DNA of 64,000 nucleotides from Candidatus Krumholzibacteriota bacterium (GTDB lineage Bacteria; Krumholzibacteriota; Krumholzibacteriia; LZORAL124-64-63): the NCBI GenBank assembly GCA_039714075.1, contig JBDLKA010000005.1, positions 1 to 64,000 of the forward strand. The letters are read 5' to 3'. The notes beneath the pieces were generated by a model, which saw only the letters and a program-made list of their open reading frames with translations, was not told the origin of the DNA and did not search any database. The position numbers and the translations under genes are program-made. This document shows, one piece after another, positions 1 through 9,213 of the stretch (position 1 is its first letter; each line of letters starts with the position of its first letter).

Positions 1-514
1 GGCGGAGCTCCATGTAGGCGTTCCAGCGAGCGGGATAATCGTCAATGAAAGCCCAGGTCAACACGTGGCCCATTTCATGGGTGGTGATGTAGGCTACGGT
101 GGAGGGATCCACAGGCCCGGTACCCGGTGAGAGGTAGATGGCGTCGCGGCTGGCAAAACTGCTCCCGGCCCTGGCCGGAGTGGCGGGCAGGATGAACACG
201 GACACTTCGACCTCGGCCGTGAAACCGTTCATGGACTCCAGGGCGGACAGGACTTCGGCCTGGTCGAAGGGATACATGGATTCGCTGTTGTCGACCAGTT
301 CCACCGCGGCGGCGGCGGGGTGGGTCAGATAGGTGCCGTCTTTTTCCAGGGAGATCCACTGGTCCGAGATTTCCCGGGGCGAATAGACCGTGGCGGTGAT
401 TCCGTTGGAGAAGTGATGAACCTCGGCCGCGGATCCGGACATGGCGCCCAGCACCGCCAGCAGCCCGACGGCCGCCGCGATTCCGAGTTCCTGCCTGAAT
501 CCCTTGTTCTCCAT
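1..514 (-). CDS. Secreted putative zinc metallopeptidase (HExxH), 3' end runs off the window
   Basis: Not in the ORF track. Manual translation from ATG at 514 gives MENKGFRQELGIAAAVGLLAVLGAMSGSAAEVHH..., a signal-peptide-like start, and the frame stays open to the window edge. It contains YITTHEMGHVL (HExxH at 79-65). Confidence 0.7.
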   Translation of the reverse strand, partial: MENKGFRQELGIAAAVGLLAVLGAMSGSAAEVHHFSNGITATVYSPREISDQWISLEKDGTYLTHPAAAAVELVDNSESMYPFDQAEVLSALESMNGFTAEVEVSVFILPATPARAGSSFASRDAIYLSPGTGPVDPSTVAYITTHEMGHVLTWAFIDDYPARWNAYMELR

Positions 515-865
515 GATGCGCCCTGTCCATCCCTTTCGAGAAACAATGCCCCTTTGGAGGCCCTTCGCCGGAACAATTTCCGCTTCTACCCTTATATACG
601 GCAGTATTTATTCCACTTTGGAAGAACCTGGGGAAATGAGAGATCCTGCCTAGATATATTCCCCAGAACCGCTTCAACTTATTGGAATACAGTATTTTAA
701 AAAACAGCCAAATAAACGGCCGACCCGATCGGTCCGGGTCTCCCGCAGGTTCCGGAGACCAGAATTGAGAAAATTCACCCGGCAGGTGGGGAAATTTCCC
801 CATCCAGGGGTTTAAAACAATAAAACCATGGCATAACGGAGGGTTATCCGATTGCAGGCGGAGAA

Positions 866-2332
866 TCAGGCAGGTTGGCGGGAACCGAACCTGGATACGA
901 CCAAAGCACCGAGCCCGAACAGGAAGGCCAGGCTCTTGATGAAGATCCCCGCAACCACCAGGGCGTTGGCCATCCCGGCCAGGTCGGAAGACAGACTGGT
1001 GACCGAGCCCGCAAAGGAAACCAGATGCAGGATGCTCATGCCCAGAATCACGTTGAACCAGGGCCGGGAGCAGCCCGTGCCCAGCAGGGCGCAGATCCGG
1101 TTGCCGAGAACCGCTCCGCTGACAGCCACCGAAAGGATGATCACGATGACCAGGGCCAGGAAGACCAGCAGCGCCAGGGGAACCCCGATTACCGTCAGGA
1201 TCAGCACCGCAATAAGGACCAGCACCATCAGGTGACCCACCACCGCCGTGACCAGCCCCAGCCCCAGGGAGGGACCGGAAGATTCCTGCAGCGTCGCGAC
1301 AATGATACCGAACCGCTTTGGAGGTGCGGCGACCACGGCAATGACCGCCAACAGGACAGTCAGCAGGAACGTTCCCTGGCACATCAGGAACGGCAGGATC
1401 CCCTGGCCGAACCAACCTGCCATGGGCCCGCCCCGTTCGCCGGGCCACAGATCCACCGACACCACGTCACCGGTCTCGGCGTCGGGGTCCTTGTCCAGAC
1501 GCCCGCCCACCGAAACGATCTTTCCGGTCACCTCGGAAGCGTCGTCCAGCAGGAGATTCCCGAAAACGACCACCACGTTGCCGTCCACCCGGCCGGAGAT
1601 TTCGGTGTTGCCGAAAACGACCACCACGTCGCCCCGGACGTCCTCCTCGGCGGGAACATGGAGATCATCCCAGACCTTGATGAGGTTTCCGTGGACCACC
1701 TTTCGCGGCGGCGGCGGCGCGTGGGGAACAAAACCCGACCAGTCCCAGCCACGGGTCTGGTCGAAATCAATGGAATCCGGCAGTTCGCTCAAAATGACAT
1801 GGGACAGGATTTCCAGGCCTTCGCTCAGATGCTCGTCCAGGTTTTCGGGGATATTGATGATGATCCCCTCGCCCGATTCGTTGACGAGGGAGATGGTGTT
1901 GTCCTTGATTTCGAATTCGAGCTGGCTGAGCTCCACCCCGATGTTTTCGATGACCTCGGAGATGTCGGCGATATTCTCCTCGATGACCAGGCGCTGTTCT
2001 TCGGACAGTTCAATATCCCCGCCGCCGAATTCCAGGGAATCCTTCATGGTCGCCACCATGCGGGAGTACTTCCGGATTTCGATCATGAGGGAATCCCGGC
2101 AGGAGGAGTTGGACTCCTTCAGTTTTTCCACCTCGACCAGTTCCACCGAGTCGCTTTCGGCGGCAATGAGCATCACCCGCTTGGCCGTAGCGGGAGAAAC
2201 AAGAAGGCCCTGGGTCACAAGACCCAGAGCCAGGATGGTCATCGCCCCGACCACGGTGCCCGCCCGGCGCCGGGGGCGATTCCGGATGGAACCGCTACCG
2301 GGGCTGGCGAGTGCACCACAGATCAGACTCAT
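866..2332 (-). CDS. Membrane protein with bactofilin/polymer-forming cytoskeletal beta-helix repeats and a C-terminal multi-TM domain
   Basis: N-terminal hydrophobic segment, acidic coiled-coil-like region, 17-aa repeats GDVVVVFGNTEISGRVD/GNVVVVFGNLLL, then about 5 TM helices. It lies 5 bp downstream of the anti-sigma gene. Confidence 0.7.
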   Translation of the reverse strand: MSLICGALASPGSGSIRNRPRRRAGTVVGAMTILALGLVTQGLLVSPATAKRVMLIAAESDSVELVEVEKLKESNSSCRDSLMIEIRKYSRMVATMKDSLEFGGGDIELSEEQRLVIEENIADISEVIENIGVELSQLEFEIKDNTISLVNESGEGIIINIPENLDEHLSEGLEILSHVILSELPDSIDFDQTRGWDWSGFVPHAPPPPRKVVHGNLIKVWDDLHVPAEEDVRGDVVVVFGNTEISGRVDGNVVVVFGNLLLDDASEVTGKIVSVGGRLDKDPDAETGDVVSVDLWPGERGGPMAGWFGQGILPFLMCQGTFLLTVLLAVIAVVAAPPKRFGIIVATLQESSGPSLGLGLVTAVVGHLMVLVLIAVLILTVIGVPLALLVFLALVIVIILSVAVSGAVLGNRICALLGTGCSRPWFNVILGMSILHLVSFAGSVTSLSSDLAGMANALVVAGIFIKSLAFLFGLGALVVSRFGSRQPA

Positions 2333-2337
2333 GACGG

Positions 2338-2853
2338 TCAGCTTTCGGCCCTTCCCATGGATTCAAGGGCACGGCGCCCCAGCCCCTGGAGGCGGACCAG
2401 TATTTCCGGAACCAGGCCGGCAACCACCAGGACGGGCAGAACAGCCGACCCGTCACCCCGCAGGGCAAGCGCCGCGGAGATCGCGGCCACACCGAAACCC
2501 GCCAGGCGGGTCACACGGGCTCGAACGAAGCGGGGCAGAAAGGCCTCTTCCAGGAAGACAGGGACACGCTCCCTGCGCAATGGTTCCATGGCTTGATAGG
2601 CGGCATAGGGTACCGAGGCCAGAACCGCCGCGTCAAAATCCGCCGGCACTTCGTGGTCCGGCAGGGAATCCAGCATCCGGAACAGCCCCTGCATACGGTC
2701 ATGGTCCGCCTGGCACGAGGAACATTCCCTCAGATGCAGGAAAAACCGGAGGGACTCCGGCTTGTCCAGGGTCCCATCCAGGTATTCCTGAAGGCCCTGT
2801 CGACAACCGTCACAGGTCAGCGGTGAGCCGGTATTCTTGTTTTTGCCGTTCAT
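2338..2853 (-). CDS. Zinc-finger (zf-HC2/ZAS) anti-sigma factor
   Basis: CDGCRQGLQEYLDG...HLRECSSC (HxxxCxxC), VPADFDAAVL linker and two C-terminal TM helices. GGAAGGAG RBS precedes the ATG at 2853, and the gene follows an ECF sigma. Confidence 0.88.
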   Translation of the reverse strand: MNGKNKNTGSPLTCDGCRQGLQEYLDGTLDKPESLRFFLHLRECSSCQADHDRMQGLFRMLDSLPDHEVPADFDAAVLASVPYAAYQAMEPLRRERVPVFLEEAFLPRFVRARVTRLAGFGVAAISAALALRGDGSAVLPVLVVAGLVPEILVRLQGLGRRALESMGRAES

Positions 2854-3032
2854 CTGCGGCTCCTTCCCCACTGCCCCTCTCCCGGCCCGACTATCAACAA
2901 CGCGACCGGACAGCGGAAACAATTCTTTGGTTGGGGGGAAACGGCAGGAATGAATCCTGAACCGTTTCCTCCCCTAAGGCAGGCAGGTGTCGTATCCCCC
3001 GACATTGACTTGATCACCCGCCTGAACTCGTT

Positions 3033-3058
3033 TACGGCGCCTCTCAGCCTTTGTTGCA
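3033..3058 (-). promoter_or_regulatory. ECF sigma-type promoter upstream of the anti-sigma gene
   Basis: TGCAAC-N16-CGTA on the minus strand, one mismatch from the B. subtilis SigW consensus TGAAAC-N16-CGTA. Confidence 0.6.
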
Positions 3059-3078
3059 CCGTTATTTAACTTTTTTTC

Positions 3079-3660
3079 CTAAATATCATAGGACCGGGCC
3101 GCCAGCATCTGCTGGACCTGGTTGCGGGCCCGGTGAATCCTCGCTTTGACCGTACCAAGCGGCAATTGGAGGATTTCCGCTATTTCCTCGTACGACAGCT
3201 GCTGGTCGTGCCGCAAAAGCGTGATGGCCCGGTAATGGGGCGGCAATTCGGAAATCACCTCTTCCAGACGTTCGAGAGCTTCTTTCCTTTGCAGGACCGT
3301 GTCCGGTTCCGGCCCGGTGTCGGGCAACTGGAACTCGTATTCCTCCCCGTCGGGCCCGACCCCACCGTCCAGCGACAGGAACCGTAGGCGATTCCGCCGC
3401 AGGTGATCGATGCAGTGATTGGTTCCGATCCGAAACAGCCAACTGCTGAAGGCGTAGTTTTCATCGAAACGGTCCAGCAGGGAAAACACCTTGATGAAAA
3501 CTTCCTGACCCAGATCCCGGGCGTCTTCGGAATTACGGGTCATCCGGTAGCAGAGATTATAGATGGCACCACGGTAGCGCTCCAGTATTTCCTGGAACGC
3601 CGCCTCCTCTCCCCGTTTGCAACGGCGAATGGTTTTCAGATCCTGATGCCGGTCGAACAT
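3079..3660 (-). CDS. ECF RNA polymerase sigma-70 factor (SigW/RpoE-like)
   Basis: Region 2 DLGQEVFIKV...FSSWLFRIGTNHCIDHLR and region 4 LSYEEIAEILQLPLGTVKARIHRAR; GGAGG RBS. Confidence 0.95.
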   Translation of the reverse strand: MFDRHQDLKTIRRCKRGEEAAFQEILERYRGAIYNLCYRMTRNSEDARDLGQEVFIKVFSLLDRFDENYAFSSWLFRIGTNHCIDHLRRNRLRFLSLDGGVGPDGEEYEFQLPDTGPEPDTVLQRKEALERLEEVISELPPHYRAITLLRHDQQLSYEEIAEILQLPLGTVKARIHRARNQVQQMLAARSYDI

Positions 3661-3693
3661 GGTGCCTCCAGGGCGGGAAAAATCTCGCCAGCG

Positions 3694-3723
3694 AAAATAG
3701 AGGCCCGGCCCCCTTCAGGTCAA
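3694..3723 (-). promoter_or_regulatory. Candidate sigma70 promoter for the ECF sigma gene
   Basis: TTGACC-N18-TATTTT on the minus strand. Confidence 0.4.
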
Positions 3724-3758
3724 ACGTTATCAGTCCCGCGCCCCGGCTTCCTCGGATA

Positions 3759-3787
3759 TTGACAGGGCCGAAACCCGGATCTAAACT
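3759..3787 (+). promoter_or_regulatory. Sigma70 promoter for eno
   Basis: TTGACA-N17-TAAACT. Confidence 0.65.
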
Positions 3788-3838
3788 GACCCTGAAATCG
3801 GGTTCGGAAAAGGTCGGACCAGGTTCGGCCAACATTAA

Positions 3839-5137
<1,299 letters not shown>

Positions 5138-5216
5138 TCGGTCGGGAATAGGCAAGGACACGGTCCGGCGCCGGCATCACCGAAGAAGGATCTTCGGTTA
5201 CTAGAATCGAGGGAGC

Positions 5217-5576
5217 ATGAAGAACCAACCCAATCCGGCGGCCAAGGACGGCTTCATTCGGGGCAACCGCTCCGGCAGCGTCCTGGCCCGCCATTCCCTG
5301 GCCATTCTGGTCGGCAGCGGCCTGTTGATGATCCTGGTCCTTTCCCAACTCGGTGAAAACGGCGTCGTCGCCTGGTTCAACCTGGCCGGCCGGGAAAGCC
5401 GCCTGCGGGAAGAGGTGGCCGCCCAGGAGCAGCAGAACCGGGAATTGTCGCAGCGGCTCGAGGCCCTGCGGAAAGACCCCCGCGCCCTGGAGAAAATCGC
5501 CCGGGAAGACGAAAACATGCGGCTTCCCCAGGAGGAAGTCCTGATGGTCATAAACCCCGGGGAAACGGACAAGTAA
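5217..5576 (+). CDS. ftsB: Septum formation initiator FtsB/DivIC family protein
   Basis: Single TM, GENG, coiled coil, LEKIARE...MRLPQE; conserved eno-ftsB gene order. Confidence 0.85.
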   Translation: MKNQPNPAAKDGFIRGNRSGSVLARHSLAILVGSGLLMILVLSQLGENGVVAWFNLAGRESRLREEVAAQEQQNRELSQRLEALRKDPRALEKIAREDENMRLPQEEVLMVINPGETDK

Positions 5577-5614
5577 TTACGCCGCACGCACCTTCGGATT
5601 GTCGCCGCCGTTTC

Positions 5615-5643
5615 TTGACAGCCCCAACTGCGGGTTCTATATT
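5615..5643 (+). promoter_or_regulatory. Sigma70 promoter for the tRNA gene
   Basis: TTGACA-N17-TATATT. Confidence 0.75.
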
Positions 5644-5681
5644 CCCTGCCCACCGCTGGTGGTTACAGTTCCAAAATTGGA

Positions 5682-5758
<77 letters not shown>

Positions 5759-5765
5759 AATTTTG

Positions 5766-5797
5766 AAAAGGATCCGGGTTTCCCGGGTCCTTTTTTT
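5766..5797 (+). terminator. Rho-independent terminator after the tRNA
   Basis: GGATCCGGG-TTT-CCCGGGTCC hairpin followed by T7. Confidence 0.85.
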
Positions 5798-5954
5798 CGT
5801 CCCGGTTTCCACTTCCGGATCTCCCGCCGGCCCGAAGGCCTGGTGCACCGCCGTCCTGATCCCTCTTTTCAAGGGGTGCGCCTTGCCCTATGATGCAGCC
5901 GGCGTTCCCCGGTGGGAGCGCCGGTTTTCACCCGGAGCAGGAAAGGAATCCCCC

Positions 5955-7349
5955 ATGACTGAATCCCGCGGACAATGGAGCGGCCGGCTCGGTTTCATTC
6001 TGGCAGCCACCGGCAGCGCCATCGGCCTGGGCAACCTGTGGAAATTCCCCTACATCACCCACGAGAACGATGGCGGAGCCTTCGTCCTGGTATATATCGC
6101 GGCCATCGCCCTGGTGGGCGTGCCCATCATGATGGCGGAAATCCTCATGGGCCGGCGCACCCAGCTGAGCCCCGTGGGCGCCTTCAAGAAATTGGCCACC
6201 GACCGTCCCGGCGGTTCGGCCTGGCAGGGCGTCGGCTGGCTGGGCGTCCTGGCCGGTTTCACCATCCTTTCCTACTACAGCGTGGTGGCGGGCTGGACCA
6301 TCCACTACACCTGGCTCGCGTTGACCGGCGAGCTGACCGAACTGGCCGCCGACCCCGCGGTGCTGGGCCAATATTTCGGCAACGAGTTCCTGGCCAGCGG
6401 ATCCCAGCAGACCCTGTACCACATCCTGTTCATGGCCCTGACCACCGGCGGGGTCTACTTCGGGGTCAAGGGCGGGATCGAACGGGTAGCCAAGATCCTG
6501 ATGCCGCTGTTGTTCACCATACTGTGTGTCCTGGTCATCTACAGCACCACCACGTCGGGATTCGCCCCCGCGATGCGCTTTCTCTTCGAACCGGATTTTT
6601 CGACCCTGACCAAGGGTGCGGTGCTCGAGGCCCTGGGCCACGCCTTCTTCACCCTGAGTCTGGGCATGGGCGCCATGCTCACCTACGGCAGCTACATCGG
6701 CAAAAAAATCTCCATCCCCAGCGCGGCCCTGCAGATTTCCATCCTCGATACACTGATCGCGTTGATGGCCTGCGTCATCATGTTCTCCATCATCAACACT
6801 TCGCAGATCGAGGTGAACAAGAGCGCCACGATTCTGTTCACCACCATCCCCACGGTGCTGGTCAAGCTTCCCGGGGGCGGTCTGGTCAATGCCCTGTTCT
6901 ATATCCTGATCGGTTTCGCGGCCCTGACCAGCACCATCAGCCTGCTGGAAGTCGTCAGCAGTTTCGCCATCGACGAACTGGGCTGGTCGCGCCACCGCGC
7001 CACCATGACCATGGGAACCGTCATCACCGTTTTCGGAGTCCTCAACGCGCTGAGTCTGGGCGGCAACAGCGCCCTGAGTTCCATCAACCTGATCGGACGG
7101 GAATCCACCCAGGGTGTGTTCGGGACCATGGATTATCTGGCGAGCAACTGGTTCCTGCCGGTCGGCGGGTTCCTGATCGCCCTGTTCTGCGGCTGGATGC
7201 TGAACACCGCGACCACGCGCCAGGAACTGGAGGAAGGCCACGGCACCCTGGCAGGCTTCGGCCTGTGGCGTTTCCTTATCCGTTTCGCGGCGCCGTTGGC
7301 CGTCGGGGCGATCATCGTCAGCGTCATCCTGGGCAAGGAATACCAGTAG
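5955..7349 (+). CDS. Sodium-dependent transporter, NSS/SNF family
   Basis: FILAATGSAIGLGNLWKFPY signature, AFFTLSLGMGAMLTYGSY, about 11 TMs. AAGGAA RBS before the ATG at 5955. Confidence 0.95.
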   Translation: MTESRGQWSGRLGFILAATGSAIGLGNLWKFPYITHENDGGAFVLVYIAAIALVGVPIMMAEILMGRRTQLSPVGAFKKLATDRPGGSAWQGVGWLGVLAGFTILSYYSVVAGWTIHYTWLALTGELTELAADPAVLGQYFGNEFLASGSQQTLYHILFMALTTGGVYFGVKGGIERVAKILMPLLFTILCVLVIYSTTTSGFAPAMRFLFEPDFSTLTKGAVLEALGHAFFTLSLGMGAMLTYGSYIGKKISIPSAALQISILDTLIALMACVIMFSIINTSQIEVNKSATILFTTIPTVLVKLPGGGLVNALFYILIGFAALTSTISLLEVVSSFAIDELGWSRHRATMTMGTVITVFGVLNALSLGGNSALSSINLIGRESTQGVFGTMDYLASNWFLPVGGFLIALFCGWMLNTATTRQELEEGHGTLAGFGLWRFLIRFAAPLAVGAIIVSVILGKEYQ

Positions 7350-7364
7350 GGGTCGGGGCGGATC

Positions 7365-8447
7365 ATGAGTAACCGGCTAGGTGTTTTCTACTTCATTCTG
7401 GTTCTGCTGCTCCTGGTCATGGGCGCCTGGTGGCTGTTTTTCCTGACCAGGATCGGGAACGACCAGGCGGAATACGAGATCCAGAAGATGGCCACCAACA
7501 AGATGCACGCCTCCTTCCTCATCCAGGCCGACCCCAAGGTGCGTGACAACCCCGAGGCTTATCTCGGCCCATCCTTCCCCCACCTCAATTTCGTCAAGAC
7601 CGCAAACGGGGTTGAGGTCGTGGTGGATCCCCTGGTGATGAAATCCATCCGCGACGACGCTCGCGCCACCCGCAACATGTTCCTTTACGAAGGGTTCTTT
7701 TTCATCATCCTGCTGGTGGCCGGATCGACGATTCTCTACCTGTCCTGGCGCAGCGAGGTCAAGTTCAAGCAGACCAGGGAACTGTTCCTTTCCGGGGCCA
7801 CCCATGAATTCAAGACCCCCCTGGCCAGCATCAAGCTCTACACCGAAACCCTCGGACGCGAAGGACTGGGCGAGGAAGACCGCGCCCGCATCCGGGCCCG
7901 GGTGGTCGATGACGTCGTCCGCCTGGAAAACCTGGTGGACGAGGTTCTTTCGATGAGTGCCGACGATACCTTCGCCCAGGGCCCCCAGGTCCGGCTGGAC
8001 CTGGCCGCCGAATGCCAGGCGGTCATGGACAGCCTGCGGGGATTCGCCCAGGACCATAAGGCCCAATTCATCCTGGACGCCCCGGCCGGGGTCTTCATCC
8101 TGGGTCGCGAATTGACGTTCCATCTGGCTTTGCGCAACCTGGTCGTCAACGCCGTCAACCACAGTCCGGACCCCGTTTGCGTCACGGTAACCGTCCGGCC
8201 GGGCGACCAGTGGCACCGCGTCGCCGTGGCCGACAACGGTCCGGGAATTCCCCGCCGCTTGCACGAAAAAATCTTCGAGTGCTTTTTCAGCGGACGCCGG
8301 GACAGCCGCAAACCGGGGACGGGCGTCGGCCTGCACCTGGTCCGCCGCAACATCGAGACCATGGGTGGCCGGGTCACCCTGGAAAGCGAGGAGGGCGCCG
8401 GCAGCACCTTCACCCTGGTCGTCCCCGCCCATGGGGCCGGCGGATGA
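7365..8447 (+). CDS. Sensor histidine kinase (2 TM, HisKA, HATPase)
   Basis: THEFKTPL H-box, NLVVNAV N-box, DNGPGI, GTGVGL. Confidence 0.95.
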   Translation: MSNRLGVFYFILVLLLLVMGAWWLFFLTRIGNDQAEYEIQKMATNKMHASFLIQADPKVRDNPEAYLGPSFPHLNFVKTANGVEVVVDPLVMKSIRDDARATRNMFLYEGFFFIILLVAGSTILYLSWRSEVKFKQTRELFLSGATHEFKTPLASIKLYTETLGREGLGEEDRARIRARVVDDVVRLENLVDEVLSMSADDTFAQGPQVRLDLAAECQAVMDSLRGFAQDHKAQFILDAPAGVFILGRELTFHLALRNLVVNAVNHSPDPVCVTVTVRPGDQWHRVAVADNGPGIPRRLHEKIFECFFSGRRDSRKPGTGVGLHLVRRNIETMGGRVTLESEEGAGSTFTLVVPAHGAGG

Positions 8448-8496
8448 CCGTGACCGGCCCTTTGGTCGTACTGTTTGAAACTCCTGGAGGTAACCC

Positions 8497-9213
8497 ATGA
8501 AACGGCGCATTCTCGTCGTGGAGGACGATGTTCACCTTGCCGACGGCCTGAAGATCAATCTGGATCTCGAGGGTTACGAACCCGTGCTGGCCGGCAGCGC
8601 GGAAGAGGGACTGGAAATATGGGGCAACGGGGGCATCGAGCTCATCCTCCTGGACGTCATGCTGCCGGGCATGGACGGCTTTTCCTTCTGCCGCCGGGTG
8701 CGCAACGAGGGTGACCGCGTCCCCGTCCTCTTTCTGACCGCCCGCAGCGCCGGACAGGACCGGATCCAGGGCCTGGACGAGGGCGGAGACGACTACATCA
8801 CCAAACCCTTCGACCTGGCCGAACTGCTGGCGCGCATCAAGTCCATTTTCCGCCGCCAGGACTGGTTCCGGGGCCAGGAAACACCCTCCACCCTGAAGAT
8901 CGGCAGGGCCGAGATCAACCTTCGCGCCTACCAGGCCGTCACCGGGGACGGCACCATCGATCTGAAGGAAAAGGAAGTGATGATCCTGCGGCTGCTTTGT
9001 GAACATGAAGGCGAACCGGTTGACCGGGAAACCATCCTGGACCGGGTTTGGGGATTCGGCGCCTATCCCACCACGCGCACGGTGGACAACTTCATTCTGG
9101 CCCTGCGCAAGATCATCGAGACCGATCCCCGCAAGCCGGCCCACATCCTGACCGTCCACGGGGTCGGTTACCGCCTGGTCATGAATCCGGACGTGGACGG
9201 ACGGGAGAACTGA
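8497..9213 (+). CDS. OmpR-family response regulator
   Basis: VVEDD, LLDVMLPGMDG, DDYITKPF and a winged-helix TRTVDNFI...HGVGYR. Confidence 0.96.
   Translation: MKRRILVVEDDVHLADGLKINLDLEGYEPVLAGSAEEGLEIWGNGGIELILLDVMLPGMDGFSFCRRVRNEGDRVPVLFLTARSAGQDRIQGLDEGGDDYITKPFDLAELLARIKSIFRRQDWFRGQETPSTLKIGRAEINLRAYQAVTGDGTIDLKEKEVMILRLLCEHEGEPVDRETILDRVWGFGAYPTTRTVDNFILALRKIIETDPRKPAHILTVHGVGYRLVMNPDVDGREN

Noticed and set aside
1560..1629. 19-bp direct repeat CCGAAAACGACCACCACGT at 51-bp spacing
   Set aside because: Only two copies, in frame within a CDS, encoding the 17-aa beta-helix repeat. It is not a CRISPR array.
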